Made by a program: the position numbers and the translations under genes. This document shows, piece by piece, positions 37,463 to 47,300 of a stretch of 64,000 nt of DNA; position 1 is the first letter of the stretch; every line of letters begins with the position of its first letter. The notes beneath the pieces were generated by a model that saw nothing but the letters and a program-made list of their open reading frames with translations, did no database searches and was not told the origin of the DNA. The DNA comes from Candidatus Latescibacterota bacterium (lineage in GTDB: Bacteria > Latescibacterota > UBA2968 > UBA8231): assembly GCA_965217585.1 (NCBI GenBank), contig OZ244561.1, positions 960,001 through 1,024,000 on the forward strand, in the 5' to 3' direction.

Positions 37463-39469
37463 ATGACGACCAGCAACGAGACGACAAACAACACCGACCT
37501 GAACTGGATCGCCAACTACATCTGGGGCATCGCCGACGATGTCCTGCGCGACCTATACGTGCGCGGCAAGTACCGCGACGTGATCCTGCCGATGACCGTG
37601 CTGCGCCGGCTCGACGCAGTGCTGGAGGACAGCAAGCAGGCGGTCCTCGACATGAAGACCACCCTCGACAACGCCGGCGTCATCGAGCAGGATGCGACCC
37701 TGCGGCAGATCGCAGGACAAGCCTTCTACAATACCTCCAAGTTCACCCTGCGCGACCTGCGCGCCCGCGCCAATCGCCAGCAGCTCGAAGCCGACTTCCG
37801 GGCTTGGCTCGACGGGTTCTCGCCCAACGTCCAGGACATCCTCGAAAACTTCGAGTTCCGCAACCAGGTCTCGCGGCTTTCCAGGGCCGACGCCTTGGGC
37901 ACACTGATTGAGAAGCTGACCTCGCCTGACATCAACCTGAGCCCAGCCCCAGTGCACTACGCCGACGGCACGGTCAGGCACCCCGGCCTCGACAACCACG
38001 GCATGGGCACGATCTTCGAGGAGTTGATCCGGCGCTTCAACGAGGAGAACAACGAAGAGGCGGGCGAACACTGGACCCCGCGCGACGCCGTGACCCTGAT
38101 GGCGAAGCTGGTCTTCCTGCCCGTCGCCGATCGGATCAAATCCGGCACCTACCTGATTTACGACGGGGCCTGCGGCACCGGCGGCATGTTGACCGTGGCC
38201 GAGGACGTGCTTCAGCAGTTCGCCGCCGAACGCGGCAAGGAAGTCTCCACCCACCTATTCGGCCAGGAGATCAATGCCGAGACCTACGCCATCTGCAAGG
38301 CCGACCTGCTGCTGAAGGGTGAAGGGGACGCCGCCGACAACATCGTGGGCGGCCCAGAGCACTCTACCCTAGCCAACGACGCCTTCCCGTCCCGCGAGTT
38401 CGACTTCATGCTCTCCAATCCGCCCTACGGCAAGAGTTGGAAGACCGATCTGGAGCGCATGGGCGGCAAGAGCGACATGCGCGACCCGCGCTTTGTGATC
38501 GAGCACGCCGGCGACCCCGAGTATTCCCTAGTCACCCGCTCCAGCGACGGCCAGATGCTCTTTCTCGCCAATAAGCTCTCCAAGATGAAGCAGGGCGGCA
38601 GCCGCATCGCCGAGGTGCACAACGGCAGCTCCCTGTTCACCGGCGACGCCGGGCAGGGCGAGAGCAATATCCGCCGCTGGATCATCGAGAACGACTGGCT
38701 GGAGGCGATCGTCGCCCTGCCGCTCAACATGTTCTACAACACCGGCATCGCCACCTACGTCTGGGTGCTCACCAACCGCAAGCCGGAGCATCGCCAAAGC
38801 AAGGTGCAGTTGATCAACGCCACCGAGTGGCACCGGCCGCTGCGCAAAAACTTGGGCAAGAAGAACTGCGAGCTCGGCGAGGCGGACATTGAGCGCATCT
38901 GCGACACCTTCCTCGCCTTCGAGGAGAGCGAGCAGAGCAAGATCTTCGACAATGCCGCCTTCGGCTACTGGAAGGTGACGGTCGAACGGCCGCTGCGGCT
39001 TGAAGGGGCCGACCCCGACCGCGCTTACAAGGCCGCCGAGATCAAGAAGCTGAGGGAAAGCTGCGAGCGCAGCGAAACCGCGCCCCCCATCATCAAGAAG
39101 ATCCACAAGCGAGGCACGGAGGCCGATCCGCTGCGCGGCCGGTTCGAGGCTACTGTCAACGGCAAGCCCGTCGTGGTGGAGTACGAACCGGACACCGACC
39201 TGCGCGACACCGAACAGATTCCCCTGCAAGAGGAAGGCGGCATCGAAGCGTTCCTGCAGCGGGAGGTCCTTCCCTATGCCTCTGACGCCTGGTACCAACC
39301 AGACAGCGTGAGAATCGGCTACGAGATCAGCTTTACCCGATATTTCTACAAGCCGCAGCCGATGCGAACGCTGGACGAGATTCGGGCCGACATTCTGGAG
39401 TTAGAGAAAGAAACGGAAGGGTTGCTGGGTGAAATACTGGGCGCAAGTCAACAGCCGATCTCCACATAG
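37463..39469 (+). CDS. hsdM: Type I RM methyltransferase subunit
   Basis: IWGIADDVLR, GEHWTPR, YDGACGTGGML, NPPY. Confidence 0.95.
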   Translation: MTTSNETTNNTDLNWIANYIWGIADDVLRDLYVRGKYRDVILPMTVLRRLDAVLEDSKQAVLDMKTTLDNAGVIEQDATLRQIAGQAFYNTSKFTLRDLRARANRQQLEADFRAWLDGFSPNVQDILENFEFRNQVSRLSRADALGTLIEKLTSPDINLSPAPVHYADGTVRHPGLDNHGMGTIFEELIRRFNEENNEEAGEHWTPRDAVTLMAKLVFLPVADRIKSGTYLIYDGACGTGGMLTVAEDVLQQFAAERGKEVSTHLFGQEINAETYAICKADLLLKGEGDAADNIVGGPEHSTLANDAFPSREFDFMLSNPPYGKSWKTDLERMGGKSDMRDPRFVIEHAGDPEYSLVTRSSDGQMLFLANKLSKMKQGGSRIAEVHNGSSLFTGDAGQGESNIRRWIIENDWLEAIVALPLNMFYNTGIATYVWVLTNRKPEHRQSKVQLINATEWHRPLRKNLGKKNCELGEADIERICDTFLAFEESEQSKIFDNAAFGYWKVTVERPLRLEGADPDRAYKAAEIKKLRESCERSETAPPIIKKIHKRGTEADPLRGRFEATVNGKPVVVEYEPDTDLRDTEQIPLQEEGGIEAFLQREVLPYASDAWYQPDSVRIGYEISFTRYFYKPQPMRTLDEIRADILELEKETEGLLGEILGASQQPIST

Positions 39470-39580
39470 CGCAGGGGCAAAGAGAGCAACCGATACCACT
39501 ACCACAGGAGCGAGCGATGTCCTCTTTGAAGTCAGCGAGGACGAAGTGGAGCATCTGACATACACCAAACTCAGGAGGGA

Positions 39581-39922
39581 ATGGAAATGACAACGGAAAC
39601 CCTGAATCAACACATTGAGATCACCCCGGGCATATCAAGTGGCAAACCCCGCATTGCCGGTCATCGAATCACTGTGGAGAATATCGTCATCTGGCACGAG
39701 CGCCTAGGCAAGAGTGCCGACGAAATCGCCAGCGATTACGATATAACCCTTGCGGATGTGTATGCGGCATTGGCTTACTATTTCGATCACCGGCATGAGA
39801 TTGACCAATCGCTCGAAGAGAGTCGAGCATTTGTAAATATCTTACGTCAAAAATTCTCTTCGAAGCTTCCTCAAAAGATGCAAAAGTGGAATACCTATAG
39901 AGTACAAGGAAGTCATGGCTAA
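39581..39922 (+). CDS. DUF433 family antitoxin-like protein (no toxin partner adjacent)
   Basis: IEITPGISSGKPRIAGHRITV, ADVYAALAYY. Confidence 0.88.
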   Translation: MEMTTETLNQHIEITPGISSGKPRIAGHRITVENIVIWHERLGKSADEIASDYDITLADVYAALAYYFDHRHEIDQSLEESRAFVNILRQKFSSKLPQKMQKWNTYRVQGSHG

Positions 39923-40160
39923 TTCAGACCCATTGGTTGCCGATCCCAGCACTGAGATCATCTTTGAAGTCAGCGAGGACGAGGTAGATGGGGGTTACAC
40001 GGCAAGTGCGCTTGGATATGGCATCCATACGCAGGGAGAAGACTGGAACGACCTGAAGGCCATGGTGCGAGATGCGGTGCTTTGCCATTTCGACGACACC
40101 ATGCCGCGGCCCAAGTTGATTCGCCTTCACTTCGTGCGCGATGAGGTTCTCTTGGTATGA
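39915..40160 (+). CDS. HicB-like (RNase H-like fold) antitoxin, orphan
   Basis: EIIFEVSEDEVDGGYTASALGYGIHTQGE...VRDAVLCHF. Confidence 0.75.
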   Translation: MANSDPLVADPSTEIIFEVSEDEVDGGYTASALGYGIHTQGEDWNDLKAMVRDAVLCHFDDTMPRPKLIRLHFVRDEVLLV

Positions 40161-41632
40161 AGTTACCCAACGTCGGCGAATTGAGGCCGTATTCGGAAAT
40201 GAAGGACTCCGGGGTAGAGTGGCTGGGTAAAGTTCCGTCGCATTGGAAGGTTATACCTAACCGCACCCTCTTTGAGGAGGTGAAGGAACGCGATCATCCA
40301 GAAGAACCGATGCTATCCGTAACGATCAAACAGGGTATCATTCGCCAGAAGGATCTTCTGGAAGACAACTCAAAGAAAGACGGTTCGAACCTAGACAAGT
40401 CGGCCTACAAACTGGTCCGGCTCGGAGACATTGCATATAACAAAATGCGAGCATGGCAGGGTGCCGTTGGAGCTTCTGAATACCAAGGTATTGTCAGTCC
40501 TGCCTACGTGGTGGAGCGTCCACGAAAAGGAGTTAGCTCGCACTACTTCCATTACTTACTTCGGACTCCTGCTTTCGCCAAAGAGGCCGAACGCTGGTCA
40601 TACGGCATTACATCGGATATGTGGAGTCTACGGCCTGAACACTTCAAGATGATCTATGCGTGCCTTCCCCCACCCACCGAACAAACCGCCATCGTCCGCT
40701 TCCTCGACCACGCCGACCGGCGCATCCAGCGCTACATCCGCGCCAAGCAGAAGCTGATTACGCTGCTGGAGGAGCAGAAGCAGGCCATCATCCATCAAGC
40801 CGTCACGGGCCAGATCGACGTCCGAACCGGCCAACCCTACCCGTCATACAAGGACTCCGGTGTGGAGTGGTTGGGTGATGTGCCGGAGGATTGGGAAGTC
40901 GTTCCATTGCGGAGAGTAACCCTTGACAGTTGCGATGGGCCGTTTGGTTCTGGATTGAAGTCGTCACATTACACTGAAGAAGGAATAAGAGTGGTGCGAC
41001 TTCAGAACATTGGACATGGAGAATTCAAAGACTCCGATGCCGCCTTTATTTCGCCCAAATATTATTCATCGCTGGGCGATCATTCCGTCATTTCGGGAGA
41101 TGTCCTAATAGCTGGGTTGGGCGACAACAACCATCCCGCGGGTCGAGCATGTGTCGCACCAGAGAATATCATCCCTGCTATGGTTAAGGCTGATTGTTTC
41201 AGGTTCCGCCTTAATCAAACTCGAATCCAACCACGGTTTGCCGCACTCCAACTAACCGCTACCGCGCCTGTTACTTCAGCCCTACTATCGACTGGGGCTA
41301 CCCGTCAACGAACTAATCTCCAAGCAACCTCTGGAAGAGCTATTGGTATTCCTTCGGTTCCTGAACAAAATTTGATCGTTAAGTACATCACAGCCGAGGT
41401 GTCAGGTATAGAGGATGCCCAAGTGGCCGTCCAGCGGGAGATTGATCTGCTCCGTGAACACCGCACCCGCCTAATCGCCGATGTCGTCACCGGCAAGCTC
41501 GATGTGCGCGAGGCGGCGGCTGAACTGCCGGAAGTGGATTCGCTTGCGGAAGACGACTTGGACGGTACAATCCATGATGGGGAGAATTCAAATCTCGGCG
41601 AACTCGAAGTCGCCGAGGAGGTGACCGTATGA
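40157..41632 (+). CDS. hsdS: Type I RM specificity subunit
   Basis: Two KDSGVEWLG repeats, PPPTEQTAIV spacer, two TRDs, LIADVVTGKLDV. Confidence 0.95.
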   Translation: MKLPNVGELRPYSEMKDSGVEWLGKVPSHWKVIPNRTLFEEVKERDHPEEPMLSVTIKQGIIRQKDLLEDNSKKDGSNLDKSAYKLVRLGDIAYNKMRAWQGAVGASEYQGIVSPAYVVERPRKGVSSHYFHYLLRTPAFAKEAERWSYGITSDMWSLRPEHFKMIYACLPPPTEQTAIVRFLDHADRRIQRYIRAKQKLITLLEEQKQAIIHQAVTGQIDVRTGQPYPSYKDSGVEWLGDVPEDWEVVPLRRVTLDSCDGPFGSGLKSSHYTEEGIRVVRLQNIGHGEFKDSDAAFISPKYYSSLGDHSVISGDVLIAGLGDNNHPAGRACVAPENIIPAMVKADCFRFRLNQTRIQPRFAALQLTATAPVTSALLSTGATRQRTNLQATSGRAIGIPSVPEQNLIVKYITAEVSGIEDAQVAVQREIDLLREHRTRLIADVVTGKLDVREAAAELPEVDSLAEDDLDGTIHDGENSNLGELEVAEEVTV

Positions 41633-41715
41633 CGGACTGGAGCACCTGCCCAGCAGTGGAACGAAACCCCAAGAAGATCAGCGGAGCTTGGGCCTCTAGG
41701 AAAGTCCCGATCTGA
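41629..41715 (+). pseudogene. Truncated DUF433 gene (28 aa)
   Basis: MTDWSTCPAVERNPKKISGAW then diverges and stops; homologous to the starts at 42129 and 43699. Confidence 0.8.
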
Positions 41716-41731
41716 ATACGGAAGAGATAGC

Positions 41732-41854
41732 GTGACCACCACCGACACCTCTGAACGCGGCCCCAAACGCCTCATCTGCACGGCGCAGGTTCAAGTGCTC
41801 AAACAAGCCGGCTTGAAAGAGAACTACACGGAGGGTGGAGATGGCACAGACTGA
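41732..41854 (+). pseudogene. Chimeric remnant: HsdR N-terminus fused to a HicA-like C-terminus
   Basis: TTDTSERGPKRLICTA (hsdR head) in frame with VLKQAGLK, a typical HicA end, directly before hicB. Confidence 0.65.
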
Positions 41855-42062
41855 GTATCTGATCATTGTAGAGAAATACGGCCCCGGAGCGTATGGAGCC
41901 TATGTACCGGAGCTTCCGGGCATCGGGGTTGCCGGGGAGACCGAGGATGAGGTGCATGACCTAGTCGCCGACGCGATCAGGCTGTATCTCGATGAGCTTG
42001 AGCGGGATGGTGATCTGGCGGCGGATTCGGTTGTGGTGAACCACTACACAGTTACGATTTGA
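41841..42062 (+). CDS. hicB: HicB family antitoxin
   Basis: YLIIVEK, YGAYVPELPGIGVAGETEDEV, DAIRLYL. Confidence 0.88.
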   Translation: MAQTEYLIIVEKYGPGAYGAYVPELPGIGVAGETEDEVHDLVADAIRLYLDELERDGDLAADSVVVNHYTVTI

Positions 42063-42128
42063 TCATAGGTGCCTAGCGGACGCCGAGAAATCGGCAGCAG
42101 AGTACACAATCGCAAAGGAGGTGACCGT

Positions 42129-42377
42129 ATGACAGACTGGAGCAAGTGCCCGGCGGTGGAAAGCGTGCCCGGCCGGGTCAGCGGGGCCTGGGTTTTCACG
42201 GGCACCCGGCTGCCCGTGTCGGCCCTTTTCGGCAACTTGGCGGAGGGCGCGACTGTCCACGACTTTATCGAGTGGTTCGGCGGGGTGGACGAAGCACAGG
42301 TGCGGGCTGTATTGGAATTCGTAGTGCAAGACCTTGACGCCAAGGTTGCCAAGGTCCCGCATGCGAATCCTGTTTGA
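42129..42377 (+). CDS. DUF433 family antitoxin
   Basis: AAGGAGG RBS; PGRVSGAWVFTGTRLPVSALFGNL. Confidence 0.85.
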   Translation: MTDWSKCPAVESVPGRVSGAWVFTGTRLPVSALFGNLAEGATVHDFIEWFGGVDEAQVRAVLEFVVQDLDAKVAKVPHANPV

Positions 42378-42537
42378 CCACAACGCGCCTCGGCAGCTTC
42401 GCCGTCACCTCGTCGGTCATGACGTTGACGCGGCAGGAGAGCGAGGGTGGGCTGGGCTTGGCAATGGCGCGTTGCTGGATCGGGCCGAGGAAGCAGGGTA
42501 TGAAGCGGAACACCTCAAAGCTCCTGTGCAACCGTAA
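42361..42537 (+). pseudogene. Truncated DUF5615 PIN-like toxin
   Basis: MRILFDHNAP...GWAGLGNGALL; ends before the LITTD motif present in the paralogue at 43928. Confidence 0.75.
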
Positions 42538-42637
42538 AAATTCTGTTTGACCAAGGCACGCCCGCGCCGCCGTAGGCATTGCCCATCGGCCAATGAACAT
42601 CTATATTGTGCTACACAGAAACTGTGAGGCTGCGACT

Positions 42638-42976
42638 ATGAAAAACATCACCGTATCCATTGACGAACAGACCCACCGGCTCGCCCGCATCCGGGCGGCG
42701 GAGTTGGACACCTCGGTATCGGCCCTCGTGCGAGACTACCTGAAGAGTCTGGTTGCGGACCGCGCCGGCGGCACAGCCGACAACGGGCCGGTCGCGGAGC
42801 CAGAGGCCGAGCGTCGGCGTAGGATGTTGAGCGAGGTCATTGAGAAAATCCGCACCACTTCGCCCGGATTCAGGGCCGCCGACAACCTGCCTCGCGAAGA
42901 ACTGTACGACCGAGCCAGAGCCAGAGCCGAAGCTCAGGCAGCGGCCGCCGAAGACGAAGACCGCAAGCGCGGGTAA
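42638..42976 (+). CDS. Ribbon-helix-helix antitoxin (VapB-like)
   Basis: MKNITVSIDE...ARIRAAELDTSVSALVRDYL, REELYDR; immediately upstream of a PIN gene. Confidence 0.82.
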   Translation: MKNITVSIDEQTHRLARIRAAELDTSVSALVRDYLKSLVADRAGGTADNGPVAEPEAERRRRMLSEVIEKIRTTSPGFRAADNLPREELYDRARARAEAQAAAAEDEDRKRG

Positions 42977-42981
42977 GTGCC

Positions 42982-43395
42982 GTGCGCTTTGTCGATACGA
43001 ACGTCCTGATATACGCGGCCAGCCCCGCTCCTGATGAAGCCGACAAGCAGCGTTCGGCCCAGCGGCTGCTGGAAGAGGGAGACCTTGCGTTGTCCGTCCA
43101 AGTGCTCCAAGAGTTCTATCACCAAGCAACCCGTTCCAACCGCCTTGGAGCGATCACTCAAGAAGATGCGCTGCAATTCATCGAGAGCATCAGGCACTTT
43201 CCGGTGCAAGACATCACTCTCGATGTGTTCCATGCCGCCACCGCCATCAGCCGACGCTTTCGGCTGTCTTATTGGGACGGCGCAATCCTTGCCGCAGCGC
43301 GGACCCTCGGCTGCGACGCGGTCTATTCTGAGGACCTCAGTTCGGAACAGGACTACGATGGCCTCCGGGCCATAAATCCGTTCACGTACCAGTAG
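42982..43395 (+). CDS. vapC: PIN domain toxin (VapC-like)
   Basis: FVDTNVLIYA, QVLQEF, SYWDGAI, YSEDL. Confidence 0.9.
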   Translation: MRFVDTNVLIYAASPAPDEADKQRSAQRLLEEGDLALSVQVLQEFYHQATRSNRLGAITQEDALQFIESIRHFPVQDITLDVFHAATAISRRFRLSYWDGAILAAARTLGCDAVYSEDLSSEQDYDGLRAINPFTYQ

Positions 43396-43403
43396 TCTTC
43401 ACA

Positions 43404-43644
43404 GTGCCCACTAACACCTCCGAACGCGGCCTTGGACGCCTCATCTGCACAGCCCTAGCTGACCATCCCTGTGACCCGTCGTGAAATCGATCACTTGCGC
43501 GAGTACTTGACCCGCCTAATCGCCGATGTCGTCACCGGCAAGCTCGATGTGCGCGAGGCGGCTGAACTGCCGGAAGTGGATCCGCTTGCGAAAGACGACT
43601 TGGACGGTACAATCCATGATGGGGAGAATTCAAATCTCGGCGAA
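43404..43644 (+). pseudogene. Junction remnant: hsdR 5' head (43404-43477) joined to an hsdS 3' tail (about 43478-43644)
   Basis: 43404-43477 matches 44336-44409; 43510-43644 matches 41465-41602 with a 3-bp deletion. Confidence 0.9.
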
Positions 43645-43698
43645 ACTCAACGCCGAGGAATCGGCAGCAGAGTACACAATCGCAAAGGAGATGCCCTT

Positions 43699-43944
43699 AT
43701 GACGGACTGGAGCAAGTGCCCTGGGGTGGAGCAAATCCCGGGCAAGGTCAGCGGCGCTTGGCTTTTCACCGACAGCAGACTGCCCGTATCCGCCCTGTTC
43801 GAGAACCTGGAGGCCGGCGCCACCGTCGAGGAGTTCATGGAGTGGTTCGCGCCCGTGGACGAATGGAAGGTGAGAGCCGTTCTGCAATACGTGGCCGACT
43901 CTCTGAAGGCCGTGCCGGTGAGCAGCCTTGAAGATACTGTTTGA
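43699..43944 (+). CDS. DUF433 family antitoxin
   Basis: AAGGAG RBS; PGKVSGAWLFTDSRLPVSALFENL. Confidence 0.85.
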   Translation: MTDWSKCPGVEQIPGKVSGAWLFTDSRLPVSALFENLEAGATVEEFMEWFAPVDEWKVRAVLQYVADSLKAVPVSSLEDTV

Positions 43945-44302
43945 TCACGGTACACCGAGGCCCCTCAGGCGGGAACTCCCCGGACACTCGGTCGATACAG
44001 CGGCAGACAAGGGGTGGGACCGGTTGGCCAACGGAGACCTGATCAACAGTGCCGAACAGGATGGCTACGAGATTCTGATTACGACCGACCAGAGCATGAG
44101 GCATCAGCAGAACCTTGCAGGCAGGCGGTTGGCCATCATCGTACTACTCTCCGGGGCTTGGCCTTACACTGAGTCGAGGATCGAAGACATTCGAGCCGCT
44201 GTCGCTGAGGCGCAGCCTGGGGAGTTGAGGGAGGTCGCCATCCCGGTTAGGGCCGAGGCTCAGGCAGCGGCCGCCGCCGAAGACGAGGACAAACGTGGGT
44301 GA
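43928..44302 (+). CDS. DUF5615 PIN-like toxin
   Basis: KILFDHGTP, GWDRLANGDLI, ILITTDQSMRHQQNL; overlaps the upstream DUF433 gene. Confidence 0.85.
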   Translation: MKILFDHGTPRPLRRELPGHSVDTAADKGWDRLANGDLINSAEQDGYEILITTDQSMRHQQNLAGRRLAIIVLLSGAWPYTESRIEDIRAAVAEAQPGELREVAIPVRAEAQAAAAAEDEDKRG

Positions 44303-44335
44303 GCGCCATGCGCTTTGTCGATACTAACTAGCGTA

Positions 44336-47300
44336 ATGACCACCGACACCTCCGAACGCGGCCTCGAACGCCTCATCTGCACAGCCTTAGCCGGCCATCC
44401 CTGCGACCCACCTCCAGGTCCCACCGTAGGCGAGCCACCTGCCCGCTACGGCGGAGTCGGTTGGGCCGGCGGCAACTACCACGACTACGACCGCGAATAC
44501 TGCGTCGATCTGGCGCAGCTCTCTGCCTTCCTACACGCCACCCAACCCGAGGTTGCGGAGGCCGTTGGCATAGCATCCACCCATGTAGGGGCGACCGGCC
44601 GGTCGCCCCTACCGGGCCAGGCCAGCCCCACGCGCCGCCGGTTCCTAGCCCGCCTCCAGGGCGAAATCAGCAAACGCGGCACCATCGACGTGCTGCGCCA
44701 CAGCATCAAGCACGAGGCCCACGACCTAGACCTATTCTACGGCACGCCTTCAGCCGACAACCCAGAAGCGCAGGAGCGCTTCAAACAGAACCGCTTCACA
44801 GTCACCCGCCAACTTCGCTACAGCCGCGACGAAACCCAGCGGGCCCTCGACATCGGCCTGTTCATCAACGGCCTACCAGTCTTCACCTTCGAGTTGAAGA
44901 ACAACCTCACCAAGCAGACCGTGGCCGACGCGGTCCAGCAGTATCAGCGCGACCGCAACCCGCGCGAGAAACTATTCGAGTTCGGCCGCTGCGTCGCCCA
45001 CTTCGCGCTGGACGAAAACGAGATCCGCTTCTGCACCCACCTCAGCGGCAAGGCCTCCTGGTTCCTCCCCTTCAACCGAGGCTGGAACGACGGCGCTGGC
45101 AACCCACCTAATCCCAACGGACTAGCGATCGACTACCTGTGGCGGGAAGTGCTCCCCCGGGAGAGCCTGACCAACATCCTAGAAAACTACGCCCAAGTGG
45201 TAGAGGCGAAGGACGAGAAAACGGGCAAGAAGAAGCAGACCCAGATCTGGCCGCGCTATCATCAGCTCGACGTGGTGCGCCGCCTGCTGACCGACGCGTG
45301 CACCCACGGCGTAGGCCGCCGCTACCTGATCCAACACTCGGCCGGCAGCGGCAAGAGCAACTCCATCGCCTGGCTGGCCCACCAACTAATCGGCCTAGAT
45401 CCGGTCTTCGACTCAATCCTCGTCGTCACCGACCGCCTCATCCTCGACCGCCAGATCCGCGACACCATCAAGCAGTATTCCCAAGTGTCGGCGACGGTGG
45501 GACACGCCGACCGCTCGGGCGACCTGCGCCGGTTCATCGAGAGCGGCAAGAAAATCATCATCTCGACGATCCAGAAATTCCCCTTCATCCTCGACGAAAT
45601 CGGCAACGAGCAACGCGGACGCAGCTTCGCCATCATCATCGACGAGGCCCACTCCAGCCAGGGAGGCCGCACCGGTGCCGCCATGGCGCAGGCGCTCTCC
45701 GAGGCAGGTGAAGAGGAGGAGGAAGAAACCTTCGAGGACCGGATCAATCGCCTGATGGAGTCGCGCAAGCTGCTCCCCAACGCCAGCTACTTCGCCTTCA
45801 CCGCCACCCCCAAAAACAAGACGCTGGAAATCTTCGGTGCCCCGGAACCGCAGCCCGACGGCACAGTCGGGCACCACGCCTTCCACAGCTACACCATGAA
45901 GCAAGCGATCCAAGAGGGATTCATCCTCGACGTACTCGCCCACTACATGCCAGTGCAGAGCTATTACAAGCTCGCCAAAACAGTGGAGGACGACCCGGAG
46001 TTCGACGTCAAGAAGGCCCAGAAGAAACTGCGCCGCTTCGTCGAGAGCAGCGACCACGCGATTGAACTCAAGGCCCAGATCATGGTCGATCACTTCCACG
46101 ACCAAGTGATGGCGCAGAACAGGATCGGCGGTGCGGCACGGGCAATGGTGGTCACCAACGGCATCGAGCGGGCGATCCAGTACTACCACGCAATCCGCGA
46201 CTACCTGCAGCAGCGCAAGAGCCGCTACCGGGCTATCGTCGCCTTCTCCGGCGAGCACGAGTTCGGCGGCGAGAAGGTCACCGAAGCCTCGCTGAACGGC
46301 TTCCCCTCCACCCAGATCGCCGGGCAGTTCCAAGAAGACCCCTACCGCTTTCTAGTCTGCGCCGACAAGTTCCAGACCGGGTACGACGAACCGCTGCTGC
46401 ACACCATGTACGTCGACAAGACGCTGTCCGACATCAAGGCGGTACAGACCCTCTCCCGCCTCAACCGGGCCCATCCCAAGAAGCACGACGTGTTCGTGCT
46501 CGATTTCTTCAACGATGCCGACACCATCCGCGACGCCTTCGCCGACTACTACCGCGCGACGATCCTAGCCGACGAGACCGACCCCAACAAGCTGCACGAC
46601 CTGCAAACGGATCTAGACCGCGCCCAAGTCTATTCCGACGCGCAGATCGACGACTTCGTCGAGCGCTACCTCGGCGGTGCCCAGCGCGACCAGCTCGACC
46701 CGATCCTCGACGACTGCGTAGCGGCCTACAAAACCGAGCTGGACGAGGACGGCCAAGTACAGTTCAAAGGCAACGCCAAGGGGTTCGTGCGAACCTACGC
46801 CTTTCTCTCGTCCGTGCTTCCCTACAACGACGCCGGCTGGGAAAAGCGCTCGATCTTCCTGAACTTCCTGATCCCGAAGCTGCCCGCCCCCGAGGAAGAG
46901 GATCTGTCGAAGGGCATCCTCGACGCCATCGACTTGGACAGCTACCGGGTCGAGAAGCAGGCCATGCAGCAGATTCTGCTGCCGGACGAGGACGCCGAAG
47001 TCGAGCCGGTGCCGACTAGCGGCGGAGGGCACGTGCTGGAACCAGAGCTGGACCGGCTGTCGAACATCCTCAGGACGTTCAACGACCTGTTCGGAGACAT
47101 TGACTGGGAGGATGCCGACCACGTGGGAGAACTCATCACCAAGACCATCCCATCCCGGGTGGCCGCGGACGCTGCCTTCAAAAACGCGCGGCAGAACTCG
47201 GACGCCGCCAACTCCCGCATCGAGCACGACAAGGCGCTGCTGCGGGTCATGACGAACGTCATGAAGGACGACACCGAGCTCTTCAAGCAGTTCATGGACA

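Noticed and set aside
43471-43944. 157-aa HsdS-DUF433 fusion protein
   Set aside because: Read-through of junction remnants; the DUF433 gene has its own AAGGAG RBS and ATG at 43699
39470-44335. Integron cassette array or hsdS inversion shufflon
   Set aside because: No tyrosine recombinase, no attC-like palindromes and no inverted hsdS copies; all repeats are direct and derived from coding sequence
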